Shown: piece by piece, positions 38,980-53,289 of the stretch
Layout: the number at the start of each line of letters is the position of its first letter
How positions within the stretch are numbered: position 1 is the stretch's first letter
Source: Eledone cirrhosa
Taxonomy: Eukaryota
DNA: 64,000 bases
Assembly: GCA_964016885.1 (NCBI GenBank)
Contig: OZ024742.1
Coordinates: forward strand, 231,012,001-231,076,000
Direction: 5' to 3'
Translations under genes and position numbers: made by a program
Notes under the pieces: generated by a model
What the model was told of the DNA's origin: nothing
Seen by the model: the letters and a program-made list of their open reading frames with translations, nothing else
Databases searched by the model: none

Positions 38980-41304
38980 ATAACTTGTGTGTTACACATC
39001 TATTCTTTTAACTATATATATATATATATATATATACATATTGAACATAGTACTAAATTGCTGCGAAGCGAACTTTTTAACCACACAGCCATTTCACCAT
39101 GTCATCACTCACATGTTTTATATATATATATTTCAGTTAACTTCAACACTCCAATATGTAGTTTACAACCGTTTCAAGTATCACCATATCTGGATAACCA
39201 TCGCATTATAATTTAATACTGACATTATCAAATATCTAAATACGATAGCATATAAAGCCCTTAGTGTATTTCGTCTTAGCTCTCACAAATATTAATTATG
39301 AAGAGAAAATATTTTATACTCCGATGAACGACGATATTATGTCAAATAATTCCCTGCCTGATGACGTCATATGTCGGTTCGTCATGCAATTGTATGCTGT
39401 TGGTTGTTTTCTATATAGTTTAATACTTTTATTGTTTGTTCGCATATATAACGCCATTTTTAACTCTCGCGAGGCTTCTGCTGTTACATTTACATAGTGG
39501 CTCATTTTAATACAGTTTACGTTGTTAATATATATCTTTAGTTCTTGTTTCTATTGTTATTGCCGTGTCAAATTTATTCTCGCCTCGTCTCTGGTATGTT
39601 TCAACTTTCTCTCTTCTCCACTACCTCCTAATTCATCTGCTAGCTTGGCAAATCTGTAGTAATCCTGTTTGGCCAATGTAACACTACACCACAATTCTAT
39701 ACATCTAGTGAATATGGACAGTGTGGCCTTGCATGGACAGACTTTCCTGATAAAAGAGGACAAGAATAGGAAGACCACAAAAGGGATGGATGAGCAGCAT
39801 CAATGAATAGACTATGGGGAGAATGTGAAGGAGGAAGTTGAGGTTTACTGATGATTTAGAAAGATGAATGGAAGAGGTTAGGTTTCTTCCAATGAACATA
39901 CCACCTACCTGTGTTATGGATTCTCATCTACTGTAACTCTTCTTACATTAGGTTGTGCCGCTTATGATTCCAAGTTTCTGAGTTCGATTCCCGGTGGCCC
40001 ATTCTGGCAAGACACTCTATTTTACGCTGTTTCCGTCCGTTCAGCTGTATTTGAAAAGTACAAACCTTACCACATATTGTGTCACGCTCAATCTCCCTGA
40101 GAACAACGTTAAGGGTGCATGTGTCTATTGAATGCTCAGTCTCTTGCATGTTAATTTCACGAGAAGTCTCTTCCATATTTTCGAACAATTGTAACACATG
40201 TCGGAACGGAGGAAGTTCCATCACACAACACGGATAACACCTCTTTGTTTTTCAGTAACATTGATGTTAACTCGTGTAACTGCTTCGTTTCTCTCTACTG
40301 AAAATTGCCAGCTCAGTAAAACATATTATGTTGGTGCCCGAAAACAAAAACAAAAAAACATAAAAACACCATGACTACCTGTTGTGTCAGTTTTAATATA
40401 ATATGGAATTTGACATCACTCACTGTTGATCCATAAAAGAATCCTCCACCTGGTTACTAGAACTGCTAAAAATAGCATCCAAATTGCCATTTTCATTTTT
40501 CTTATGCACTCACTCTATTTTAAGTCTGCCCAGTTCTTAATGATAATAATAATTTTAATTCTGGGTTTTCCTATCCATCTTCTTTTCTTATTCATCTCAC
40601 CTTCTCATAACAGTTTCTCAAATCCATTTGTTTTTTTTTAAATAAGTGCCCGCATAGTTCTCTTGGTTCGATCTGATGATTGGGTGCTTCTCCTATTTTT
40701 TTCTTTTATCATGGTTATCTAATGTTTTTTTCTTCACTACTTGCCATTCCAATTTTCATTGAATTTATTGCCTTTCTACATTTAATGTTGTCTCTGTTAG
40801 CTGGAAACTGGACATAGGGGGTGGGGGGAGGGGGGTGTCAAGGGGTCAGTTTTCATACTCGTACGTTCTTTTATATATTCAAACTCATCTAGATAGACTT
40901 TGCTTGTGATCAAACCACATGTTTCTATTGCAGCACTTTATCTACGCATGCATTTGTTGTCTACGATCTCATTTATTTTATCAAATATATCTTTAAGCTT
41001 ACGCTGGTTATCCAGTATTTCCAATTTTTTTATGTAGGGGGACATTTATCATAATGCTATGATTTTTTTTTGATTTTTATTGAGAGAGGGGTTTCTACAT
41101 TCAAAGTAAATCCTTATTTCAGCTGTTATGTCAAATCTAGCTTGATCTTTGTTCTTTCCTCCATTTTTTAAAAAGAATTTCATAAGTCATCCATTTTTCT
41201 TTCCTTTTGTCTTTGGCTCACTGCTTTCTCTTATAATGTTTACATTCAAGTTTTAATTTAGTCCCTTGTCTCTTCTATTATTTGTTTGTATCTTTTGTGT
41301 GTGC

Positions 41305-41390
<86 letters not shown>

Positions 41391-41891
41391 GTGTATTTTT
41401 CTAAATTCTGTAAATATTCCTAATTGTTTCCTATTTCTCTACATTATATTTCGTTTTGTATACTGTGTGTTTGTTTCATTTTTCTTGTCTTTTCGCTATT
41501 TACATTGTCTTAAGTTTTATTTGTAATTTAATTACCTTGGGTTATCGCTTGAAGTGATATCTGCTCCAGAGTATGTATTTCCCAAGTTTCCCATTTATAA
41601 TATATTGGTTGAACAAAAGATATATTTCACTGGCGAAGCTAGTATATATTGGTGAAGGAAGAGAGGAGTGAATGGACACTAACAGCACCTCAAATTGGTA
41701 ATATTAGTAGCAGACCTCAAGCTTCTAAAGTAATCAACAGCAGATATAGAATTTAGATAAGAAAGTATATTCAAATGATGTATTTAATTGCAAGTTTAAT
41801 TTTGATTTTAAATTCTTGTCTAACCACAGATAAGCGCCTATTACGGAAGTTCTATTTCCATTATCTGTCGAGGATTGGGGTGATGTTTCTG

Positions 41892-41932
<41 letters not shown>

Positions 41933-42340
41933 CTCTCTCTCTCTCTCTTCCCTCTCTCTCTCTCTCGCGCTCTCACGCTCTCTCTCTCTCTCTCCCCCCT
42001 CTCTCTCTCTCTCTCCTCTTTCGCTCTCTCTCTCGCTCTCGCTCTCTCTCACACACACACACACTCTCTCTCTCTCTCCCTCTCTGTCTCTCTCTCTCTT
42101 CTTTCTTTCTTTCTTTGTCTCTCTCTTTCACTTTCCCTCTTTCGTATCTCTCTTTCTCTTTGGAAGAAATCGTCTGTGTTCAGATCTCGAAAGGGATGGG
42201 CTCCGCCAGGTTTAAAGTGGCCAAAACACGTCATATGTCCCAACTGCCTCCCTACAAAATTCGGTAGCCATGCCTGGGTACATGAATGCAAACCTTTCTT
42301 TGTTATATTTGTTTCGTACATGATCAACTTTTATGTAGAC

Positions 42341-42506
42341 CAGTGTTTCTCAACCTTTTTTCGTCCCACACACCATTTTGATTTTCAAAAACTACGAGAG
42401 TCCCATAATAATCGGACAACGTTAGTAGATACCATGTTATATACGCCCCATTCTAAAGTCCCAATTTCCATCAAAATATTGCTACATCACACCTTGAGAA
42501 ACACTG
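42341..42506. mobile_element. hAT MITE
   Basis: TIR CAGTGTTTCTCAA / TTGAGAAACACTG; decayed 8-bp TSD ATGTAGAC / ATTTAGAG. Confidence 0.75.
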
Positions 42507-45500
42507 ATTTAGAGCGTGTATAGTAGTTTTGTTGAATATTAACGGACATTTTACATAATTTCTCTTTATAGTTGACAGCAGAGTAAATGTTGATGGTGTG
42601 AGCTGTATTTTGAAGCTGACCATGACACACTAAACCTGCTGAAATGAAGTGGTAACTCGAAATAAACCGCTGTGAAAACAAGCGGTATATTAGATTGAAT
42701 TTTCGGGAAAAGGTAAAGTTCGTTTCATAATACCTTGGTTTTTATCAAAAGCAATCACATCACAGCCCTAGATGAAATATTAGCTACTATAAATGAGTTT
42801 AATGTTAATAAGTTGTAAAGGCGCTTGGCCTGGTGGTAACTTGAAGTAAACCGCTATGAAAATAAGCGATACGCTGGTTTGAATTTTCAGGAAAAGGTAA
42901 CGTTCGTTTCATAACTGCTTGAATTTAACAATAGAAATATCATATGTTTAACTGTCTTACTGCAAGCAGTGTTTTGATATTACATGTACTTAGGGCAGTA
43001 GATTAGCGGAATTGGTAAAGCGTTGGATAAAATACATTTGCCGTATTTGTTCGGGCTCTTCAAATCCTCTACTGAGATCATTTTCGCCTTTCATCCTTCC
43101 GGTGTCGATACAATAAAACATCGGTCAATTGTTTGCTGTGTTCCTTAATTAGAAACTGTAGAATATGGACCCGAAACTCCTGGTGGATTATTTACGATTC
43201 TTGGGTACTTTTAAACCTGGCAGAGTACACCCCTCTCCAGGTCTAAACATAGAAGGAAGATAGTTAGAGAGAGAAGTGATAAAGAGATATAGAGCAAGAA
43301 TCGACTCAGTACAGAACTGGTACCTTTTTATTGACCTTGAAAGGTTGAAACGCAAAGTTGACCAAGGCGGGATTTGAACTCGGAGAGTGCGGAGAGCCGG
43401 AAACGAATACCGCAAATCATTCTATTCAATGTTCTAATGATTCCACCAATTCGCCGCCTAAATTAGAAACTAATATCATATATACTTGCAGTTTTTTCTT
43501 TTTCAAATAATATTATTTTACACATCTGAACATACATATACACGTGGATGTGGAGCATGAGATACTTCGAACTTATCAAGTGATACATTAGCAGATTAGA
43601 AAACTGAAAGATAAAAAAAGAATATGTCTAGTATTTACATTGTTGATTACTTTGTCATCTGATTAAACAATGTTTCAATTTTATAGTATAATAATATCCT
43701 ACTGTAGTGTATGATGTTGTTAGGGTGAGGCGTACTTATAGTATTATCAGCTGGTGAATGTTGTTGTATCAGTGAGAGGGAGTGAAGGAGCGAGGTGGGG
43801 AGCACATGTCGAATGTGTGTTGGTTGTATTTATTCAGCTATTTTTTCATTTATTTAATTCAACTATTCATCTAAATAATCTCTTTTCTAATCTCTGATAT
43901 TCCAATACATACATTCATACATAAATATATAGAGGAAAATAACAGATCCATTCATATATATATGTGTGTGTGAATGGATCTGCTATTTTTCTCTAAAATA
44001 ATTTGTTTCCGATTACCCCTTTAACAAAACGTATAAAAGAAGAGTATTCCTTATATATATATATATATATATACATGAAAAATATGAAAACATGGCGTGC
44101 TGCGTGGTTGCAAATGGGTTACATATGAATAAAGTTAGTCCTTCATCAGTGATCTTCCAACCTTCATTGGTAGTTCATCGCTTTAAAGACCATATACCTC
44201 TGGTTGGTGCGAGCAACGGCTAAAGAAAGTCGTTGTTGGGACACGTAAATAGGGGGAACGAGCGAGACAGTAAACAAACAAAGATGGTAATGCAACGAAA
44301 AGTGAGGAAGAAGGAGTCAAGTCCCTGAAATCGATGAACATAAGTTCTGTGAAATCGTGGACGAGAGAGAATAAAGACCCTCCGACCTGGTCGAAGTGTG
44401 AGTGAGGAAAGAATATATATATATATTATCCCTATACAATAACAATCAGTCAACTCAATGAGCTTCCATATAAGTGTATCATTGTTCCTTGTCAAAGTAA
44501 ATATATATGTTAGGTTTGTTAGGTTACTCAGATGATTTTTTCTGTTCGTGTAGACATCATTCATATAAGAAAACAGTTGAAGGCAATGAGAAATGGTGAT
44601 AATAAATGTGAGTTTATAGTATTATATTTCTATTTGTGAGTAAGCGTGTACATCTGCAAATTCAGAATTTACATCAGATTAGGATTTTGTAGAAATAACA
44701 TGGACCTAATATGGCTGAAAGTGTGCAGTGTAATTACAAGGTTCCTTGTTTCATCCCACTTCCTGGCATCTTGAGCAACTGTTTTATTTTTTAACTTAGT
44801 CTCGGGTTGCCCCAAGCCTTGGCAGTAAGGTTTGTTTGATAGAAAATTTGCTGAAGACTGGATTTAATTCAAACGTCCAGCTTTGCCACGTACATTAACG
44901 GTGCAAAGTTCATTTGATCGAACAACCGAATACTTAGCATCGAAACTGACTGAGATTTAAAATCCTATAACTATAGTATATATGAAATTCTATGATGATG
45001 GATTTGGTTATTATTAAAGTGTAACTATCACTTACTAAATTATATCCTAATGTATGTTTCATTTTCATAACTACATATCAAGATATTTCATGGCTCAAAT
45101 TAAATTTCTCGATATTCCGATCAATTTATCTTTTGGTAAGCAAAAGCAAAACCACGGTTGACTATCATAAAGATTATTTCTTTAGTAGACTATAATGTCA
45201 TTCTGTAACAGTTTCGCAATTTTCTGTATTATATAGAAAAGTAGATAGTAGAGGAGAGAGATGAAAAGTTATGAATAGTTGGCATGGAAAATAGTAGAAA
45301 TAATATCATAGATATAATAGGAAAGATAGATTTATAGACATAAATAAATGTAATGTAATTTACTGGACGAGAAGAGAATGTGAAAAGGTGAGATATGATG
45401 GAAGATGTTGAAGAAGTGGAGATACAAAAGGAAGATTATAGTATGGTAGCAAAAAATATAGACAGATAAATGGATATCAGATGATATTTAAAGTAGAAGG

Positions 45501-45696
45501 TTGAAACATTCACTAAATAGATAAGGAATACATAATTTCTACTAATCAGTTAAAACATAGCATATAATATGCAAATTGCACTGATATATTTCCACTACGT
45601 TATAACATATGCTGCCATTTAATACAGTATTACATTGATTTGGGGGGAAGAGGTATATATATAGAGAGAGATATATACATACATATATATTGTATA

Positions 45697-46610
45697 CTAG
45701 CAGTAAAGCCCGGCGTTGCTCGGGGTCGCTCAGTAGCTGTGTTAAAGTTACAATGTTAAGTTTCTTTCTTGGCTTAAAAACTGTAGTGTCTACTGTGCAG
45801 ACTTGCATGTGGTGTTTTTGATTAATATTCCCTCAACCAACAATATGCCTTATGAAGTTAAGAAAACATAACGATAACCCGAATGTTATAACAAAAGAGG
45901 TTGCTGGGGATAGAAACTGCACTGGTTATTTATTAACAAAGATCGAAAATGTAAACACTGCAACGCAGAGAAAAACATTAGCGTAACCAAATTATCAGTT
46001 ATGTCTGTCTGCACGCCTATATCACCTCTCTGCACGACTATCTGTCTGCACGCCTATATCATCTCTCTGCACGACTGTCTGTCTGCACGCCTATATCACC
46101 TCTCTGCACAACTGTCTGTCTGCACGCCTATATCACCTCTCTGCACGAATATCTGTCTGCACGCGTATATCACCTCTCTGCACGACTGTCTGTCTGCACG
46201 CCTAACGACGAAATATTTGCTTGTTTTATGTAGTCTTTAAATAGACTTGTTTTCAAGTAAAAATATTGTTTTAAAATGCTTTTAAATGGAAATGAAGCAA
46301 AACGGAAGCTTCGTGTATTGTGTTAATGTCATTTTAAACGCTGAGAAAGCCAGCATAATTTTTTACGTAAGACGCTCAATGTAAACAGAACAAAGGGAAA
46401 TAACTGATAACTTACGCTCAAAAATCGATACATTATATTCGATTTCGTCACATAGGGCGGGTCAATTTGAAATTTTTTTTTTCCGATGTCTTCGCTAGGG
46501 CTCAATGTACAAGTATAGCAATTTCGGTGCAATTCCGTGAGAGATTCTAAGAGGAGATGTGTGCCAAAAATCGATAGACAGACAGACAACCACAGTTTTA
46601 TATATATAGA
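45697..46610 (-). mobile_element. Non-autonomous Helitron
   Basis: Minus strand starts A|TC and ends with hairpin CCCGAGCAACGCCGGG followed by CTAG|T. Another 3' end at about 32148-32177 (+). Confidence 0.8.
46004..46204. repeat. 37-bp minisatellite, ~5.4 copies
   Basis: Unit TCTGTCTGCACGCCTATATCACCTCTCTGCACGACTR. Confidence 0.95.
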
Positions 46611-46612
46611 TA

Positions 46613-46714
<102 letters not shown>

Positions 46715-46776
46715 AAGGGAAAAAAGATGAAATCGAAAATGCAACTGGAGTCTTTTTAAGAATATTTTTTTGGTTC

Positions 46777-46812
46777 CTTTACCGGTTTCGCAGTTCTTGT
46801 GCTTTTCAAAAG
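46777..46812 (-). ncRNA. Minimal hammerhead, U3-A8 core variant
   Basis: CTT-TTGAAAA-GCA-CAAGAAC-TGC-GAAA-CCGG-TA-AAG. Confidence 0.65.
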
Positions 46813-46846
46813 TAGAATTGAGATGGAGGGTTTGCGGTTTTCTCGC

Positions 46847-46930
<84 letters not shown>

Positions 46931-47290
46931 GAGGTCACAGAATGTGTGACGAAAGAACTTTGACAATATATGAACAATCGTCTGGTTGTGAAACCAACCA
47001 ACCAATCGGAAATTTATAAATTCCTAAATCTATAAATTTAATTTATAATAAATTGAAGTGAAAGCAACTGGTGCGTGTGTTTCTTATTGGCAACATGACC
47101 CTCCCAAAGCATAACAATATCGGTTTCAACACACGTTTTCAGATAAAGAATCTTGCTAAACAAATTCAGAAACGAAATATATATATATATATGGGGGGGG
47201 GGGGGGTATGTGCGTGTATATATAAGTTTATCCCGGGTTCAATCGATAAGTAAGGTACTCAATACATACCACAGTATAAATATTTAATAT

Positions 47291-47370
47291 AGAAATGGCT
47301 TCTATAGGACTAGAACTGTTTCATTTAGGATCCTGAATGAAACAGTTCTAGTCCTGTAGAAGCCATTTCT
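47291..47370. repeat. 80-bp spacerless palindrome (half-hammerhead)
   Basis: Centre GGA|TCC at 47330/47331; two G-T mismatches. Confidence 0.9.
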
Positions 47371-47980
47371 TCTTTATATATATATATATATATATATATA
47401 TTCGACATAAGGTCTGATTAAGTAATGACATGAACTCTTATCTCTTGTGTCAAGACGGCCATTTTGATGCAAGCGTCATATTTTACCTTAACCTATAAGC
47501 AATGATTTTTGTGCTACTATTTAAGCCAGTTAACCAGTTCAATTTTATTATCTCTGGATATACAATAAATCAATGGAATAGGCTATAAGTTTGTAATATT
47601 TGTTTATTAACATATTAGCATAATATTGCCGTTCGTAACATTACTTCTCCTGAATATCCATTATATTATTCATATAGTCAGTTAAAACTGTAATCTATAG
47701 TATAACATTTAAAACATTTATAAATCGTAATGTGTATCAACAGCGATTTAAATATTTTCTGTCATTAGTATTGTTACACTATACGTTTTAGTATGTTCGT
47801 CGTCGTTTTTGTTGTTGTTAACAATCACGTATTTTTGTATACTCTGAAATATATTAACCAATATGTCCTTCCTGAAAAATATTATCCAAGATGCTAAGTT
47901 GTGATAATGGAGAAGATTTTCATGCTGTTTTTAATAGAGTTATTGACTACATATAAGTTTTATCCATATATGGATGAACA

Positions 47981-48021
<41 letters not shown>

Positions 48022-48024
<3 letters not shown>

Positions 48025-48199
48025 GTAAAATTCCGTTATAACGAATACCATTATAACGAACGCCATTATAACGAATTTTTCAGTATAACGAAATTTTTTT
48101 CACACGCTAGATGTGTTAGATCGATCTCGTTATAAAAATGTTTTCCTTACAACGAATTTTTTTATACCACGTGAATTTCATTATAACGAATTGTCATTG
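48022..48199. mobile_element. pogo/Tigger-like MITE
   Basis: TA-flanked CAGGTAAAATTCCGTTATAACGAA end with repeated TTATAACGAA. A relative lies at about 49331-49450. Confidence 0.6.
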
Positions 48200-48359
48200 T
48201 ATGTATGCATATACAAATGTATATATATATATATATATATATACAACGAAATTCCGTTATAATGAAATTCATGGCTATGAAAAAAATTATTTGTAATGAA
48301 AACTAATAACATTATGTACTATTGGACTGCTGCGTTTGTTTATTTGTCCTTTTGAACTA

Positions 48360-48397
<38 letters not shown>

Positions 48398-48478
48398 CGA
48401 AGGAAGTGTGGTAAGGAACCAGATGAACCACAACGCATCAGAGTACTCAATGCTTAGGATAGTAGGAAAATGTTCAAG

Positions 48479-48572
48479 ACCCCGACGGCAGAGCTCAAGC
48501 CGTTTCGACGGCTATTTCTGGACTAAATTAGAATGTTTACCGTGGTAATAAATAGCCGACACTTTCAGGGGT
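48479..48572 (-). ncRNA. Decayed hammerhead, non-palindromic parent of the 13040/17690 family
   Basis: ACCC-CTGAAAGT-GTCGGCTATTT...AAATAGCCGTC-GAAA-CGGC-TTGAGCTCT-GCCG-TC-GGGGT. Confidence 0.7.
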
Positions 48573-49029
48573 AATTCCTCTTATGGGAAGATTGTAGTTG
48601 CCAAAAGGGTTGGTCAAAATTTCTTGTAAACACAATTAAATCTTTCATGGCGGTGGGTGGGAGGTGAGGGTGGCTGAACTTGCCTATAGAACAATGAGCG
48701 AGTGGGTGGAGCCGGTCAAGCGTTGAAAGTGAATTCTATACAGCAAAACTAAGGAGTGTGTAAGAAATTAGGCTAGTTATAAAGCAGGCGAAAAAAGAGT
48801 TCTGGAGTAATCTGGGAGTGGGAAGTTATAAAATTAAATGGTTAATAAATTGAGATTAAAAAATTAAAAAATAATAGATAAAAAAATAATAATATTAAAA
48901 AATTAAATAATAAAAAAAATAAAGAATAATAAAAAGAACTAGAGTCTAAAGCAGCTGCTATATTTTTAGCTGGTATTGCGTTTTTGGCCAGTGCTATATA
49001 AAATTTACTATAAGAATCAACCATTCATG

Positions 49030-49125
49030 ATTTTCAGCAGACAGGTGGAGTACTTAGCTTTGATAAGTACCAAATAGTACGAAACAGAGCTCTGTCAGCT
49101 TTATCTCCCCCTGTTTGCTGAAAAT
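49030..49125 (+). ncRNA. Type-I hammerhead, U3-A8 variant with extended stem I
   Basis: AGCT-TTGATAA-GTAC-CAAATA-GTAC-GAAA-CAGAGCTCTG-TC-AGCT, closed by ATTTTCAGCAGACAGG/CCTGTTTGCTGAAAAT. Confidence 0.88.
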
Positions 49126-49270
49126 TTAAAGTAAGTTAGCCTGTCACTACTCTAAAACAATAGCGTAAGGTCTTCAAAATGCTTTTAATTAAGCATACAG
49201 TGTATTGCAAAATACACTATATATACATTTATATATATATCGCTATTTCAGAGCACCAATTCTAATTTTA

Positions 49271-49333
<63 letters not shown>

Positions 49334-49451
49334 TGAAATACCGTTGTAATGAAAACATTTTGTAACGCCATCGACCTAACACATAGAGCGTGTGGCTGGA
49401 GATTGAAAACATTTTCGTTATAATGGTGTTTGTTATAACGGAATTTTACAC

Positions 49452-49568
<117 letters not shown>

Positions 49569-49571
49569 TGC

Positions 49572-49614
<43 letters not shown>

Positions 49615-49615
<1 letters not shown>

Positions 49616-49885
49616 ACCCCAGCTTTTTAATAAGCCGCCAAAAATTCTGAGATATCCACATGGTGTGCAATGTAGATGTTTTCAAGAGCCGCCTCGATAT
49701 CCTACTGACCAAGACCCTGGATGAAACCACACCACGAGTCGAACCGCAAGAGCATCAACAACAATATCACTTTCGCATCAATGGCCAACCAGATAACGCT
49801 GTCTATAGAAAGTGTAGCATCAATGGTGATGCCCCACCATGTCCTCAGAACCTCTCGGCTGGAACACGTAATAGAATAATAAAAT
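49615..49885 (+). mobile_element. CR1-like LINE 3' end remnant
   Basis: VDVFKSRLDILL..LDE C-terminal motif plus 3' UTR. Confidence 0.55.
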
Positions 49886-50071
49886 AATATATATATCATA
49901 ACAGAAGGAATGTTTGATAATATCTAGGAAAAATGACCTGGCAACATTCGTGCATGCGTAACAACCATCTTAGAAGATTTGATGATAAACTATCTTATCT
50001 GATAATAAATACCACCACGTACTGAGGCGAGAAAGCTATATTTTATTATATTTTAAACAGACCAAATCTCG

Positions 50072-50160
<89 letters not shown>

Positions 50161-50181
50161 GGGAAGTAAGGTTTCACCTTT

Positions 50182-50267
<86 letters not shown>

Positions 50268-50319
50268 AACGAGTAGGACCCCGACGGCTGAGCTCAAGCC
50301 GTTTCGACGGCTAATTCTG

Positions 50320-50372
<53 letters not shown>

Positions 50373-50379
50373 TACATAT

Positions 50380-50484
<105 letters not shown>

Positions 50485-51126
50485 TGCGATTGAGACCGAT
50501 ACGACCACTAATTATGTGAGTACTCGATACATAGGGAGATGTATAGAGATATGTAAAATACCGACCGCGGCACCAAGCGGTTTTGTCCTGTGTGTTCAGC
50601 AAGTTTTTTTAATATCTGTAGGGTATGGAAAAATAGGTCACTGATCTTGGTAGTGCTTTGGATGAGTTTATCAAAGTAGTAGACTAGTTCCTTGGAGGAA
50701 GTGGGTTTGGCAGAGAGTGGTAAGTTCGGGATCAGGCTGTTCTGTTGATCGGATCAACTGGAACACTGGTCGTAGTTCACATATATATATAATCTCTTAC
50801 AGCTTTATATGTTTAAACCATTTCATGTACGGTCTCCGTTAAATGCTTGCCACACGTCCAACATTTGATATAGCATTTTAGAATTTGAATTTGGTTAAAC
50901 TGTATTATTTTTTGTAATTCCTAGTGATATGCAGATTTTATATGTATTATGTTTTGTGTAAATAATTGCTAATTAACTGTTTCTCATTAACTAATTGTTT
51001 GCATTTGCATGTACCATCATCACCTTATAGAAACGTACGTAGACATTAAAGAATGGATTTAGGTTAACCTTGGTTTTTCTTCATTTCTATAAAAAGTATC
51101 CCTCCTTAACAATGTATAAACTATGA

Positions 51127-51176
<50 letters not shown>

Positions 51177-51547
51177 TCTCTCTCAGTTTCTCTCTCTTGC
51201 TTTTGCTTCTTTCTCACTCTCTCAATATGTAATTCTCCCTCCTCTAATACACCTCCTAATACAATAATAGTATTGATCTATTTAAGATCAAGGCTCTCTC
51301 TATCTGTTAATAAATCTTCAGCCTATTCCTTGCCTTCCAGCTGTGTTTTGCTCTCTTTGTCTTCAATCTCTTTACTACCGTATTTATGATTCTATTCAAG
51401 CAATGATTGAACGCTCTGTCGAAGCCCACATAATAAAACATATTATTAGTAACTACATTTCTCTGTATATCTATCTTTCTATGTATCTATCTCCATTGAT
51501 TTATCTTTCTACCGATCTATCTATCTATCTATCTATCTCTCTATCTC

Positions 51548-51635
<88 letters not shown>

Positions 51636-53289
51636 TCTTGTGATCTTTCTATCTCTCTTGATGTATGTATCTATCTTTGTTGGTTCATTTACTTATCTAT
51701 CTATCTGTGGGAGTTAAATATCTATCTATCTATTAATAGATCTTCTATCTATATATTAATCTATCTACCTCTGGTGATTTATATACCTATGATGATCTCT
51801 CTATCTCTCGTTATTTATTTTTTTATCTATCTAGCTAGCTAGCTATCTTTATGTGATAATCTATCTATTTCCCTCGAACCAGTAATGGGGTCTCGAGGCG
51901 ATCGCTCGATCTACTAGAAATACCAGCCTCTCACTAATAAACACTGATGAAATAACTTTGTCTATTATATAACAGAATAAATAAAAACTATGTACTTCGC
52001 TTCTCAGTGATTAGATCCTGGTTGGCATCTTGGGCAAGGATATTTTACCATAGGATCGGATCGTCCTAAGCCTAAGCAGTAAAATTGTTAAAGTGTTTTC
52101 TTTATATCTTATATGTGTGTTAGAACTCCATCGGATCCAACGACGAGTTTTCCATTTCTTTGATCAATGGAACAGATTGCTTGTGAAATTAATTTGCACG
52201 TGGTTGAGCATTCCACAAACACCTGTACCCGTAACATGATTTTCAGATTCAGTGTCATTTCGTGTTAATTGTATATATAACTTATTTTGCCTGCGTAGTA
52301 GATTGGAGCAACAAAGTGTCTGACTGGAGGATATAGCGTTCTGTCATGAATCGAACTCATGACCCAAACAATTTAACCACTAAGCCATGCGCCTTCGCAA
52401 CTCTTATTGTGTAAAATGCAAAGGAAATCCGGGCATGCCATGAGAATGCTTTGTGGTCATGGTAGAGAAAATGCTGGATACATTAGCTCGAAGGATGGTA
52501 GAGAAGGAGCGTTGAAAGCCTCCATTCTTGTGGGTGGTCATCTTCTAATGGTGTATTGTGAACGGGCCACAGGTGGGGTTGTCCTGAGTACAAAATTCTT
52601 AGAGGCGCAAAATTTTCAACAAAAAATAATAAAGTCGTAATAATAAATTAAATATATAGCCCACCATTCCCTTTACACAGAAATCGCAGGGCCACCGTCT
52701 TGATACGCGGTGTTCTTGAATATTTTAATCATGACGGAGCCCAACAATCTCTTGGTCTGAAATAGCCGATTTATTTCAGAGAAGTAGAGAGTGAGTAAGG
52801 AGATACAGAAGAATATGAAAAGATAAAAGGTAAAGTTTACCTCGGCAAGATTTGAGCGTGAAGAAAGCCGAAAGGAGTACTATAAAGCATTCTTTCCGAC
52901 ATTCTAACGATTTACTGCAAATTCAAGTTAACAAGCGTTAAATGCATTTTAATTAAATTACATCAGTATTTTCTTTGAAAATACTATACATGTGCTTGAG
53001 GGTACAGGGTTTACCACGGGACTGATGAAAGAAACTTGGGGAGTGCTCACAACCCACGGGTTAGGGAGAGTAATATTTTCTTTACCCCGGGCACAGGTAA
53101 CCACTGCCATTTCCATCCCGATAGAAAGAAATGAATAGGGAGGCAGTTTGGAGTCCCAGGATGTCAACTTGAATTATATTAAGCTCTTCCTTTATGAAAT
53201 GTTTTTTTTTAACAATAATCTTGACTACACAATCTTTATGCGTCCATCCCACACCTTCCATGACATGTCGCAAACCCATCGCCAGTTTT

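Noticed and set aside
42649-42940. 184-bp-period diverged direct repeat
   Set aside because: Only two copies and no further features.
46004-46204. CRISPR-length 37-bp repeat
   Set aside because: No spacers; a plain tandem minisatellite in eukaryotic DNA.
53040-53160. Twister-like string (GCCCGGGGTAAAG on the minus strand)
   Set aside because: Pseudoknot pairings and the UAA cleavage segment could not be fitted.
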